A stretch of DNA of 55,554 bases, counting the filler, from Jimgerdemannia flammicorona (Eukaryota): the NCBI GenBank assembly GCA_003990765.1. It is 2 parts of 2 records of this genome, joined end to end, with 100 filler letters (N's around TTAATTAATTAA, not from the genome) between each part and the next. Parts side by side here need not be neighbours in the genome. Positions count along the whole stretch, not along the records: positions 1 to 27,736 come from RBNJ01000610.1; 1 more part is not named here. One strand, given 5' to 3'. Shown here in pieces: positions 1 to 13,490 of the stretch. Below the pieces are notes generated by a model that saw only the letters and a list, made by a program, of their open reading frames with translations, searched no databases and was not told the DNA's origin. The position numbers and the translations under genes were made by a program. How positions within the stretch are numbered: the stretch's first letter is position 1; every line of letters starts with the position of its first letter.

Positions 1-3000
1 CCCATCTTATCTCTTTGGAGAGTTACCAACCCCCTAGTGACCCCAACCCTCTCTCTACTCTTCCTGTAAATATATTCTATAAGTCTTCTATAGATTCTCC
101 CTCCAGGTCCTCACTTCTACCACCAATTATTCAGAATGTCTAGCAACAATTACTCCTACCTTATAACTTATACTCTAAGTACCAAATACTGACTATCTCC
201 AAATATATAAAGTCAATATCTGGTAAGTCCAATCTAAATGGCCAGAGTCCACCCAAAAGTCAACTACTCATTTCCAATTCCTCTCACCAGTCTCTACTAG
301 AGATTATCCCACCTCTCACCCTCTATCTCTCTAAAAGGTTACAACCTCAGTCAATTCTCAATTACTCTCCAAAAGTCTCCAAAACCTCATACTCTTCTAG
401 TTAATACTTAGGGATCTATACTATACCACCCTTCTGTCTAATATTAAGATACTTTTTATACTCTAAAGTACTCCCTTCTACCAAATGTCTCAACTGATAA
501 TTAAGTATCACATTGTACCATAATAGCCTTTACTATACTATCTATAACTTAGAGGAAAGCCATCTTGCTATCTGCTTGCTCTAAGACCAAATACTATTCT
601 AGTTTCAGATTTCTATCTTCTGTCAAATCTCAGACCACAAATATCTTCTATATTTCTATAGATATTCTATACCATTCTCCAAATAAAATTCATCCACTGG
701 TATACTCTCTAATAGCAGATAATCTCACCTCTATATCTAGGATCTCTATTCTTCCTCCTCCTCATTATCTTACTACCTGAGTCCAATTTGATGAGCACCA
801 TCAACTACTCTCTACCAGAATTCCTTATAGCATATCTTTCTTCTCTTCTCCAGTACTATTAGAGAAAGTAGGTTGTCAGTTATACTCCAGAGAGAGAACT
901 GAAACTCCCACACCCTCTACATAAGAGATACCTACTCTTGACCCCTCAATTCACTTACTTACTTTAGCCACCATACCCTCAAATATTGTAAATACTTGGT
1001 AAAGTCCATCAGATCTAGCTCTTCTTTATCTACTGGTAATATCAATACCTTCTAGCTGATCTGACTTTACTGTTCTACCCATATCTATAATCTGGCCATC
1101 TTTAATAGCCTCTTGACCACCTATGTCAGAAAGTCTAAGTAATATCCCAAATACTATAGCTTAAATAGCTAATATATATTCAACACTATCATTCTTCCTA
1201 CTAGAGAGATATATTAGCTACTCTATCTCAAGAGAGCATCTCTTCACTTGAACAGCCACTGTTTCTATCAACCTTAAGGCAATAGAGAACTATATACTGA
1301 AAAATAAATCTCCAGATAACAGACTACTTCTTCTGCTAGAACAACTGTCCTAATCATATCTCCTTCTACTATTTCTTCATCTAAGACCAGAGTCTCACAC
1401 TTGTATTAGTTGAGCTTAGTACCCAAGTACCCCTCATATTATTTCACTATACTCTTCAGCACTGCCACATCCTCCACAGAGCCCAGTCTAACTACTATAT
1501 TATCCACAAAGACCCCTACCTTCTAGTTCACTCCTAGAATGTTCAATATTTCTACTCTATACTATATCCTGTTTAATAAGAGCTTCAGTAAGAGAGCATA
1601 AAGGATTGGTAATAGTGGATCTCCTTATAGCACTCCTCTGTCTAGAGGAAATAACTTTCCCCTATGTCTATTTACCATAATAGCCATCTGACTCCTCTCT
1701 AACAAACTAATTAATAGACTCCTAAACTCTAGAGAGACCTCTATTTACTTTAATACCCCCTTTAGCCATATATACTAGACTCTGTTATAAGTCTTCTCTT
1801 GGTCCAGAAAGACTAGTTGATCATCAACTCTAGTAGCACAAGCTCCTTCAATAATACCATAGACTCAAGCTATCTCATCTCTTATCAAATGACCTCCAAC
1901 AAAGCCCTGCTACTCTGTCTCTAATACTTACTGAGTCACTCCTTACAACCTAGTTACCAAAATCTTCATTACTAACTTATGATCTATATTCAGAAGTATG
2001 ATCAACCTCTAGTTCTTCCAATTCTCTCTCCTCTCTTTATTCTTATACAACAGAGCTATAAGCCCCAAGTACTACTCCCCAATCCAGATCCCTGAGCCAA
2101 TATTCTTATTATATATCTATATCATCTCCTCTAGTGCAACCTCCATACTAACCATCTGCTTCCAAAAATCCCAAGACAATCTATCTTCTCCTGGAGCTAT
2201 CTCTATACTTATTGTTACCAAAATCCAATAGACCTCCTCCCCCCATACAGAGACTCTAAGTTCACCTAGACCCACTACTAAGTCTGAGTACCAATCCTCC
2301 AGCTACTGTTCAATATCTAGTGTATCTTCACCACCCTCCTCCTTACTTCACAACTGCCTCCAGTAAGACTATAGTAGGCCCAAGATCTTCAGTATTCTGA
2401 TCACTATATCATCTGCCTCATCTAATACTCCTTCCCACTACTGCCTCATCCTCCTTATCTAAAGTAGCCTCAATAGGAACTTTGTAGATTACTCTCTCTC
2501 CTTCAGGCCCTGCCACTATAACTATACTACCATTCCCTTCACCTATAGTTTCTCCTCCTGCTAAAGCAGTCCCTTCAGTTCTTCTACCTTCTGCTTGATC
2601 TATTGAGCTCTCTAATTCTCTTTCTTGCTACTAATTAAGAATTCAGCCCATCTCTCTAGTAGCCTCTCCAATCTCTATGTAGCTCACCTTATATAACTCC
2701 TTCTCTGGGCCCCTCTTCCTCTCCCAGCCTTATCTCAGTACTACTAAATATCAGATTTCAAATACTGCCAATGATCCCCAATCTCCAATCTCTGTACGCT
2801 TCAGTTAATAATACTAGTACTAATATCCACTACTCATTCATCTTATAAGATGTGATTCCTCAGTAATGAAGTATTTAGGTACTAATATCCAGACTCCTCC
2901 CCACTTCTCTCAAACTTTCCACAGCCCAGCAAACTTCAGTAATCAGACTACAGATACCAGACTATCTTAATTATACTCCAGATATCTGTTCTCCAACACT

Positions 3001-5366
3001 CAGCAGTTAGTATCTAGTCAATCCTTGATCTCTGCCCTGCTATCCAGTGAGTATAGATCTGATTATCTCTCTATCTAAGTTATTATATATCCACCAGTAA
3101 GCTCAATCTCTCAATCTCCTCCCAGTCTTTTATATTTCTACTCCTACTCATCATCCTTCTCCTTTCATCCATTCTGTCTAACAGTCTATCATATATTATG
3201 TTAAAGTTATCCCCCAGACAGTCAATCCCCTTAGCTACCATAATACCCACATCTCTTAGTCCCCTTATCTATTCTACATACTCCTCTCTTTTCACTAGGT
3301 AATAATACAACCCAATAGTCAAGAGGCTCTAGCTCAGTCTCCTCCATACCCTCTACACCACTCTGCTCTCCCAATGTCCAATGTCCCCAATGTCTCTCTT
3401 ACTCTTCCTAACCAGAATACCTATCCAACCCTGCTATACCACTATACCTCCCTATTCTCTTATCCAATCCTGCATATCCAAACCAGCATTATAGTCTATA
3501 TTCTATAACAAGAACAGATCTGCATCTATCCCCTTCAACCAGCTGAAAATATTCCAACACCTTATTATATCTCTCAAACTATTAATATTCAAAGAAATGA
3601 TTCTAGTTGTACTGTTTATATTGAATAATATTTAGAGAGTAAGCATATACTCTACAATTTTATACTCACTATATTGCCAGCAATATCTAGGTTCTGCTCT
3701 GCCCTAAGCTCATCTGCCTCTCTCTGCTAAGTATCCAGTACTTCTAAGATCTTTTGATAGTCTGCACTATCTACTGCCTTCATATCAGACTAGTAGTTCT
3801 TATACACTACTTACCACTTCTCCAACCCCTTTCTAGATCTCTACAGATATGCCACCTACTCATTCATAATGGTTAGAAGTACTGCCTCTATGATATTATC
3901 TATCTCATATTTCTCTACCTTTAATAGGCTTGCCAACAGTTTATTATAAAGCTTCTGAACCACCTCCTTTTCTTATAGAATCTCACCTGAGTGGTACTTA
4001 CTAATTACTCTAAAATCCATCTTACCCAATTCATCTACTACAATATTTATCAATGTCTTCCACAGTTACCTCTCCTATGGCCTCATTGATACCTAAGACC
4101 ACCTCCTGCCCCCCTGCCCCTGGACTCCCCTCTGCATTCATCCTCACTAACTTATCCCAGTCCTCCTCCAGTATATTCTACAGCTTATCAGTCCCCATCT
4201 CTCCTGTGGATACCCCATACTATACTAGAGTCTTCTCTGCCATTATCATATCCTTAGCTACTATACTCTGCTTAGAGCTTCCCCCCTCCTTCAGAGTCTC
4301 TATAAAAGCTCTCCTCCTTTTCCCCTATCCAAGTACTTACTCTCAATTTACTATCAACTACAGTAGTATCACCCTCTGCTCTCTCTCTCAGATTTGTCAA
4401 CAGGTTCTTCTAATGTTATCTCTCTTATACTCTCTCCTATGCAGTCTTATCCAGTTGCACTCTTCTATCATTTACTATTTCAACTATCATCTTAGCCTCA
4501 AACTCCCTTTAGGTCAGCCTCATCTTCTTTACAGCTCTAACTAGATCTTCCAATGCCTCCAGCAAGTCCTCCTCCTCTTCTGGTATTCTCTTTATTCTTG
4601 AGACCTTATACTCCACTGGTCTCACTTCAGTACTGCTGGCCAATCTCATCCTTTCCCAGTATTCTTCTTATCTATCAGCCTAACCCAGACATCTACATTA
4701 TCAGTCCAGAACTCAGTCTCTTTTCAGACTTGGAAGCCAATATCTATTATATCACTATACTCCTTAATAATATCTACAATAAGCCCTCTGACTACTTCCT
4801 TATTCACTATAGATATATTTGTCACTATTAGTTACATTATTCTAGAGTCTCAGTATAGACACTAAGTCATAGAAATTACCACCCCTCTTACTACTCTTTC
4901 TTTCTTCAATACTCTCAACATCAACTCCTCTTCCATAAAGCTCACCTCTATTTCTTCTAGTCTCTTTAAGAACTTCATCAAAACCACTCTTTTCACCTTT
5001 TGAGCTAGAATACTCAGAACCATTTTTGCTATAACCACCAAGTCTTAAAAGTACAAAGTGATAATAAATTCAGATACTGACTTCTTAAATAATAGTACTG
5101 TCACTGAATCCATTATATCATCTGTCAGGTTCCCAGATCTCATACCTTTTCTCAGTCTAGCTCTATTATTAGTTATTATATCTGGATTTTTTTTTTTCAA
5201 ATTAGCAGTCCCCTCTCTATTAGCAGTTCTACTCTTCTCAGTCTCTACTCCCTCAGCTCCATTATTACTGCTACTCTGCCAGGCTCTACAGCTCTCTCCT
5301 TCTCCTTGCTCTTCTGTAACCAGTTCTTTAGTTTAGTTATTAGATACTCTGTCTTAATCTTATCAG
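1..5366 (-). mobile_element. Degenerate L1/Tx1-like LINE (ORF1 ~5366-3640; ORF2 APE endonuclease, RT, C-terminal Zn finger ~3610-300); 3' end runs off the window
   Basis: Minus-strand manual translation gives RIISLNINSLRD (APE start, ~3605), LGDNFN, KN*RLIILLNIDHKL, FLDQEKTYNRV, GDPLLPILYAL and FVDNI (decayed xADD), with many stops from G>A/C>T changes. Confidence 0.88.
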
Positions 5367-5810
5367 TGTGACAGTTGATCTGAATTAGGAACATGAGTCA
5401 GGGGAATTAGACAATTGATCATAGTATCTGAACTCAATTCCTGATATAGTATAATCTAATAAATAGCAGTTATTGTTATTTTGCAACTGTTAAAGTTTTT
5501 GCAAATGTTAAGCTCTTCACAGATGTTGAAAGATTTAACACTTGCAAAAAGTAACTCATAATATAGTCATAACTTAGCCACCTTATAGCTAGTAAACTTA
5601 TATAAATAACCCAGTATATTAGAGTGAATAAACCTCAGATCAAAATAGTTCAAAGCAAAGAGAAAGTAAAGAAACTAGTAAGCCTGTGGGCAGATATACT
5701 TTGAACTCACCCACTCCTATATCTGAGAACTCTGCAGAGTCAAAGAAGATCAAGTTTTTAAGATATAGAAATCTGATGTACTTCTAAGATTAAGTATCTA
5801 CTATGTTACA
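5367..5810 (+). repeat. 5' LTR of gypsy A
   Basis: Starts TGTGACAG, ends GTTACA; contains TATAAATAA and AATAAA; colinear with 12851-13316; followed by PBS-like TAGTGCC (probably decayed TGGTGCC). Confidence 0.92.
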
Positions 5811-7989
5811 ACTTAGTGCCTATTGGCTGGTAATTTAAGATGAATCTCTCACTTTCAAGCTAAATAACAAACAACCACTACCACCTGAACAACTATACAA
5901 ATCAAATCAAGATACCTAGACAAGATAGATATATATAAGACTACTGATATTTCACAGTTATACTTTAGATGAATCAATTATCATCTTCATTGATGATTTT
6001 GAGCAATATACTGCTATAAGGGACCTAACAGCAAGGCAGTAAGTAACCCTCATGCTCTTCAGTCTCTGAGGATTAGCAAGAGTAGCATTCACAGCTATAA
6101 CCCATGTAGAAAATAATAATGATGCTATGCTAGCAGTATAGAAGACCTGGCTCTAAGCCATATACTATATAGATGAGATCAAGTAGGCACTGAAGGATCA
6201 GCTTAATATAACATGCTAAGGAATAAGCAAGGATCCAAACATATTCTATACCAGAATCCAATATCAGATAATCCTTATAGATTATACTACTGTTATCAGA
6301 GACTAAGTAGCTGAAGCAACCTTTATGAAAAGAATACACTCAGAAATAGCCCTGGCTATCTGCTCATCACCAATAGTCCTGGATCTGGTACAGAAGGTCA
6401 CCTATGCTTAGTGATACTAGATAGCCAGACACCCATAAGACCATACAATAGAGAGAGTCACTGGAGTCAGAATTAAAGTACTCAAGACAACCAGTATGAT
6501 CTCTACTATAGTGATTAATTGAAACATACCTCAACCAAGAGCTACTAAGCAACAGAAAAATAGTGACCCCATGGAGAAACTTGCCAAGAGGTTTTCCAAA
6601 ATGACAGCTCACCTAGGAGATATAGTAAAGGAAATTAAAGGAAGAGACCACTGCTCAGTTCAGAAATTTGCTGCCACCTCAGACAAGAAGAGAGGTACCT
6701 ACTACACCTATGGAGAAGAGGGTCACTACTCATATGAATATATGAGCAAAACTAAGTATAAGGCATAGCCAAGCAATGCTATTTAAAATAAGGAACAGGC
6801 CAATATCATCATCTTTAAAGAGATTGGAGAATCAGATGAAGAGGAATAGGAGACCTATCCTGTGTAGACTACTAAAAAGAATGTCTACAAAGAACTCTAC
6901 AAGAGACCACCAGGGAGACCCAAGAAGAACTCTGTAGAAATAAAGATAGAGACTGCAATAGAAAGTCAAGATAAAGAAACAGACCAAGATATAGAACTAG
7001 AACAGGCTGTTCAAGATATCATCTGAGAAATCACTCTAGCTAGTAAAGGAGAAAAGGAGAAAAAGCTTCACAAAACCAAGACCTTCAAGTATGATATCTT
7101 TAAGGATCTCAGTCAACAAAAGGTCAATACAACCTTTGGCCAGCTTATAGAAATACCTACATTCAGACAACAAATGAGATATAGACTTACTAAAACAACC
7201 AAGAAGTAAGATTGGAAGATAACTAAGACCAACAATGTTCAAGAGGACTCAAGAGAAGAAAGCAAAGACAACCAAAAGACCTCTGCCTATACAACTTATC
7301 AAACTGAAGATAGAGTCTTTGAGACTATCATTGATACAGGAGTAGGAGAATGCCTCCTCAGCAAGAAAGCAGCTGACTGCCTAGATTGGGAAGTTGAAGA
7401 AATAACTAAATTAGTGTTCATCACAGCAGATGGTACAAGAGCCACATCTCTGAGAAAGATCCAAGATGTTCCTATCAAGTTTAGAGGAGCAACTATTCCA
7501 GTAGATGCAATCATGACCAATATAACCAACTATGACATCCTCATCAGCAACCAGTGACTTCATAAAGCCATGGCAATAATTGATCTAAATACTCAGAAGA
7601 TACAGATTATCTACTATAGACAGAAGATGTGAATTCTCATCAATGTCAACAAAGGAGTTCTGCCTGAGATGAAGAAAGAAGAGAGTGAACAAGAGGAAGC
7701 CTACATGATGACAACTCAGAAAAAGAAGAAGAAAATCAGATTAATGAGTGAAGAAGACTGGTGTAAAAAGATTATGAAAGAATATGTACCACAAGGAGTC
7801 TGCCCCTATGGAATCTAAATGTACTATATAGAGCATATCAATGAGTATTACTAGTACACTGGCAAAATCAAGGAAATCTACCACCAAAGAAGAGAGAAGG
7901 CTCTCAAGAAACAGGTAAGAGAAGAAAAGAGAATGGAAGAAGAGGAGAAAAAGGATGATGAACCACTAGCTCTTCTCAAAGACAGTAAT

Positions 7990-8415
7990 GATGAAGAGAA
8001 AATCAAGATTAAGATTCAAAAGATTCACTCTAATGCAGTCTTACCAGAATACAAGTCAGAAAATGCAGCTGGAATAGATATCACCACAGTAGAAGAAACC
8101 ATACTAGAATCCCAGACAATTACCCTACTCACAACTAGTCTGGAGATGACTATTTCAAAAGACCATATCAGAATCCTCAAGACAAGAAGTAGCCTGACTA
8201 AGAGCGAAATCACAATTGAAGGAGAAGTCATTGATTCTGATTATATTAGAGAAATACTACTTATTGCTAGAAACTACAATTCTATAATTCTATTTCCAAT
8301 CAAGAAGAAGGACCAACTGATATAGATGTTGATCTTCCTAGTCCTTCAGCCAAGAATCATGGAAGTCAAGAAGTTGAAGGAAACAGAAAGAAGAAGAAAA
8401 GGATTTGGATCCATG
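7990..8415 (+). pseudogene. dUTPase domain of gypsy A, between protease and RT
   Basis: KIHSNAVLPEYKSENAAGIDI...LKTRSSL...EGEVIDSDYIRE..., then ETERRRKGFGS (motif V) after an in-frame stop. Confidence 0.9.
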
Positions 8416-9653
8416 AGAAGAGGAGTATTTGCCAGTACCAAGATCACCAAGCTGCAGTACAAGAAGGAGGAAACTACAAACAAGTATAGCTAAACTATTG
8501 GAAATGAATTCCCACTCAAGACAGAGCTCAAGAAAATACTGTATGAATTTAAGAATATCCTTGCCACAGACTTCAAGGATATCAAGAGAAAGACTCCATA
8601 CTACTATTATGATATAGATATGTATTAGTGATACTGAACCAATTTACTAGAAGGTAAGATCTGTTCCACCAGCCTATCAAGAGTAGCTCAGAGAAGAAAT
8701 CAAGCAGATGAAAGAAGCTGGTATCATCAAGGAGGCCAGCAGCCTCTGGTTTTCACCAGTTATACTAGCTCTAAAGAAAGGAAGCAAGCCTGGAGAATTC
8801 ACCTCAAGACTCTGCATTGATTACAAAAAGCTCAACATAGTTACCAAGAAGGATCACTAACCACTATCACTCATCAATAATATCCTTATAACTTTGAGAG
8901 ATGAAGCTCAGTACTATAGTACCTTAGATCTATACTCAGGATTCTACCAAATTGGACTTACCGAAAAAACAGCAAGTGAGAAATCAGCCTTCATCACTCT
9001 AGATAGAACCTATATCTACTTGTGAATACTATTTGGAATGTGCAATGCCCCTGTAAGCTTTCAGTGAATGATGAATAAAATCTTCTACTATGATATGAGA
9101 AGATGGATGATAGTTTATATAGATAATGTTATCATCTACAGCAGGACAGCTAAAGAACATCTACAGCACATCCAACAGATGATAAAGCTGAGACAGCATG
9201 ATCTTTATATCAAGCCCAAGAAGTATAAGTTTATGAAAATTGAGATTGTCTATCTTAGCTATATTATCAATTAAGATGGAATACACACAGACTCTCTCAA
9301 GATACAAGTAGTAGCAGTATACCCAAGACCTACTACTGTTACTGAAGCTCAAGCCTTCATAGGGCTGGCCTCATATTACTAACAATTTATCAGAGGATTC
9401 TCCAACATTGCAGGCCCAATCTATGAACTCAACAAGAAGAATACCAAGCTCCAATGGACTGGCAGGTAACAAAAAGCATTCAATGAGCTTAAGGTCAGAC
9501 TGACCCAGGCACCTATCCTCAGAAGACCCAATTGGACTCAAGAATTCATCCTGTAGACAGATGCAAGTATCTAAGAACTAGGAGCAGTCCTAGTCTAAAA
9601 GAAAGACAAAGTAGAGTATGGCATTATGTACCTAAGTTGAGGAACTTAAGGAG

Positions 9654-10824
9654 TGGCTCCTTTCTCCACTATCTTACCAGTCACAAGGTTTGGTAGGTGA
9701 CCTTCTGAGTCCCCTTTCTTCTATTATTACCCCCTCTACCTCAGGTTGGTTTGCTGTACCTACAGGGGCATAGTGGGAGGAGGGCAATGGTGATAAGTTG
9801 CCCCTTTATCAGTGTCAGATTAGTACTTTCTCTACTTTTTCACAGATTCTGGTACCTTCAACTGCATCTGGAGTATATCTGTTTTGGTGTAGTGCCTTCT
9901 TCCTTTTGCCATCACTAACAAGGAGTTGTCTCAGTGTATCTCGAACTATGTAGGGAGTTGGCTGATCTTGGGCATCAAGTGCTCAGTATAGGTTACCTGT
10001 AGGTCTTTGGTACCTGTAGTGGGGCTCTCTGGCTTTGGCAAGCTTTCTGGCAAGTACGGTTCTGGCATAGGTGACTGCTTTTCAGGTATTATCAGGATGG
10101 GAGGAGAGATGGCCATCACAGATAGGAGGAAGGGTGATAACGGTGAACCAGTAGGGTGTCAGGCTGGGGGCAGTCATCAGGGCTAGGACAGGTGCTACTT
10201 CAGTGGGGTCTTTTGATTGGTGTGGCATGGTTAGGTGATAGGTGTCACTCTTGGCTTCTTTTGGCAGTCAGCAGGGTTAGGCCCCAGTTATCAGGGGGGG
10301 TCAGGGGGCCTGAGGCTACTCATTTCAGGCATCTTGGCTACACTTAACTGAAACTGGGAGCTGACATAGCAATGTGATTGAGGCCTACAGACTTGAGTAG
10401 TGGGGTATTGGGGACTTCCTCCTGCCTCATGTATAAGTTCTTTACTTATCTCAACTGGAAGAACCAGGCTCTACCCACCATGTTGTATTTTGATGAGGGT
10501 TTTTCTTTGCCTGTCATTCTCTTTAAGATGGCAGGGGCTATTCTATTTGGCTCAGGTGTGGCCTTATACATATGTACATTGGGTTCTCAGGTGTATACTT
10601 TTGATCATTGGCATATGGTTGGGTTTCCCCTAGTGGTAGGGAGAGCATAGTGCACAGAATGAGGTGCGGGCCAATATAGGCCCTGCTGTACCTGATATGG
10701 TCGAGCTGCTGGACAATAGCTAGCCTAGGTTAATAGAGGGACAGTGCTTGGTGGGTGGTGGGGGAGGGTTTTGGCCTATATATTCTAGGTTCTCTTTCAA
10801 TAAAATTCTGCAGGACATGAGTCC

Positions 10825-10874
<50 letters not shown>
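9654..10874 (+). mobile_element. Non-autonomous polyadenylated retroposon (SINE-like), copy 1, inserted in RNase H of gypsy A
   Basis: 47-nt poly(A) at 10828-10874; AATAAA at 10799; 15-bp TSD GAGGAACTTAAGGAG (9639-9653) / GAGAAACTCAAGGAG (10875-10889); colinear with 43994-45179. Confidence 0.92.
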
Positions 10875-10880
<6 letters not shown>

Positions 10881-12351
10881 CTCAAGGAGCTGAAAAAGAA
10901 TATGAATCCTATAAGTTGGAATACCTTACAGTTATCTGGGCTGTGGAAAAGTTCCACTACTATCTTACTGGAAGATACTTTACTATCTAGATAGACTACT
11001 CAGCCCTCACTTGGCTACTGACTACTAGGTAATCCAAAGGAATCTATACCAGATAGATTATAAAGTTGCAAGCATATGATGTAACCATTGTGCACCACTC
11101 AGGAAGAACTAATACCAATGCAGATGCTCTCTTACAAACATCCCAAAGGACCTCCAACCAGTAAATCAATCATGAATAAGAAGCTCTACTATAGAACAAT
11201 CATCTATCTGAGACAGCAAAAGATGTCCCAACATCTGGAAGAATGAACATAAATAATTATCAACAGAACATGAAAACAATTCAAAACTGATAGAGAAATA
11301 TTGAAGAAAGGAAAGCTACTAGTCATACCAGAACATAAGAAAGAGTAAGTAATAAAATCAGTATATGAACTTGGCCATCTGGAAGGAACAAACATATACA
11401 ATAAAGTAAAAAAAACAATATGGTGGCCAGGAATGGAGGAAGATATCAGATGATTTGTCAAGATCTGTGATAAATGCCAGAAATAGAAACAAGATCAATG
11501 AAACCAAGCTCCAGGATTAGCATACATAGAACCAGTACTATTTACCCACATTACAATGGATGTGATTAGTCCTCTACCTTTGACTTTGACTGATAACCAA
11601 TATATCATTATTATTATAGACCTTTTCATAAAATAGATAGAGGCAGGACCCCTCAAGGATACCAATGTATAGTCAATTACTGATTTCTTTTATAAAGAAA
11701 TCATCTACTAATTCAAGACCCCAACACAAGTAATCACAGATAAAGAAACAGAATTCATAAACCAGTTCTTTGAGGTTCTCTACAAGAAGTACAAGATCTA
11801 GTACATTCAGACCACAGCATACCATCTCTAAGGAAATAGATAGACAGAAAGAACCAACAAAACTCTCAAAAATGTTATTTCTAAGATCTGTAATAACCAC
11901 GAAAACTGAGACCACTATCTGCCAATAATATTATCTGCTCTCTGGGATATTTAATCACAAAGCACCCATTTCATCTCTCAGAAAATGCTGTTCAGAGAAG
12001 AAGGTTCTCAAGAAACCCTATCATCTAATAGAGATACTATATGGAAACATATGGATAGAGAGATACAGAGACTATACCAAATTAGGAAGAAGGCTGAAGA
12101 TTATATAACCAAGGTGTAGGCACTATAACAGAATAATGCAGAAAAGGTTTACAAGCCCCTGGAGATTATCAAAATAGAAGACAAAGTCCTGGTATATCAG
12201 AATATGATAGAAGCTTTATGGTCATAAAAACTGCAGCCCAAGTGGGAAGGATCTTACCTTATACATATAAAAGGGACCACCTTTTGGCTATAAAAACTCT
12301 CAGGCACAATCATCCCCACTACCATTTACTGAAACTGACTCAAGAAGTATC

Positions 12352-12855
12352 ATGGCTAACCAATAGAGTACTTCTATAGCCCTCAAGATCATCAGTACTA
12401 TACAGTAAGCCATAGAAAGACAATGGTGTACTACTGAGCCACCAGTCATGGAAGAATCCTTTGACAGTATATAGAGTATAGTTCAGACACACCTGTCACA
12501 AATCCCATACTTCAAGACCTACTAGAACTGAACTGAGTTTCAAGAATACTTCAAGTTAGAATAGCTACTGAACTTATACCCAGACATGGGAAAAGAAGAC
12601 TAGATAAGAGAGTATTAGCTCTCTTATACTCAAATTACAACTACCAAATGAGTCAATAAGATATTCAAAGATAATGAGCCAGCTCTAACCTATCTTCGCA
12701 AAGTAGTTCCAGGAGACTTTGGATATATCAAGAGATAACACTGGGAGTATATAATGATACAGATTGAATAGTATAAGAAGATACATATTGTAGAAGCTTG
12801 GGAGTTTGAATAGGATATTTTAGGGATAAATTACTTATTCAGGAGAAAGTTGTGA
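12352..12855 (+). pseudogene. Relic third ORF (ORF3) of gypsy A, unknown function
   Basis: ATG overlaps the pol stop (LKKYHG*). A single frame of ~167 codons runs to the LTR, with internal stops explainable by C>T/G>A; similar to ORF3 of gypsy B. Confidence 0.65.
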
Positions 12856-13316
12856 TAGTTAATCTGAATTAGAAACATGAATCAGAGAAATTAAACATTT
12901 GATCATGGTACCTGAACCCAATTCCTAATATAGTATAGCCTTATAAATAGCAGTCATTGTTATTTCACAACTATTAAAATTTTTACAAATATTGAACTCT
13001 TTGCAGATGTTGAAGATTTTACAGATATTAAAAGATTCAATACTTGTAAAAAGTGACTTATATGTAACATAGTTATAACTTAGTCACCTTATAGCTAGTA
13101 AACTTGTATAAATAATCCAGTATCTTAGAGTAAATAAACCTCAGATCAAAATAGTTCAAAGTAAAGAGAAAGCAAAGAAACTAGTAAGTCTGTGAGCAGA
13201 TATACTTCGAACTCATCTACCCCTGTATCTAAGCACTCTACAGAGTCAAAGAAGATCAAGTTTTCAAGATATAGAAATCTGACATACTTCTAAGGTTAAG
13301 TATCTGCTATATTACA
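12851..13316 (+). repeat. 3' LTR of gypsy A
   Basis: TGTGATAG...ATTACA, preceded by purine tract AGGAGAAAG and followed by TSD TCAG. Confidence 0.92.
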
Positions 13317-13490
13317 TCAGTAAAGCTCATTCTTCCAGACCCCTGTCTGCTGGTCTCCTCTTGTTCACCTTCTCATCTATCAGTAAGAGTACCTAGCAGA
13401 CTCTCTCTCAATCTGTGACTTCTCTCTACATATTACCAGTCAAATATACTGAAGCTGTCCTGCCTTATATACTTCTCAGAATCCTTGTTA
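13317..13490 (-). mobile_element. 5' continuation of the LINE interrupted by gypsy A
   Basis: Same C-rich plus strand as 1-5366; its reverse complement aligns with the start of the LINE ORF1 relic at ~29520-29600. Confidence 0.7.

Larger units (their letters stand above)
5367..13316 (+). mobile_element. Full-length but inactivated Ty3/gypsy LTR retrotransposon A (gag, PR, dUTPase, RT, RNaseH, IN, ORF3) inserted in LINE ORF1
   Basis: Two homologous TG...CA LTRs; 4-bp TSD TCAG (5363-5366, 13317-13320). Decayed knuckle YYTYGEEGHYSYEY, protease IIDTG (~7330), RT VYIDNVII, RNaseH AEKEYESYKLEYL, integrase at 11200-12350. Confidence 0.93.

Noticed and set aside
4053..5336. Ser/Leu/Pro-rich plus-strand ORFs
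   Set aside because: Antisense to the purine-rich LINE ORF1.
10378..10650. Similar short ORFs in both retroposon copies (also 44732-44998)
   Set aside because: The similarity follows from DNA homology; starts differ and the frame shifts after the T-run, with no sign of coding constraint.
10748..10990. Poly-lysine ORF
   Set aside because: Read-through of the retroposon poly(A) tail into gypsy RNase H.
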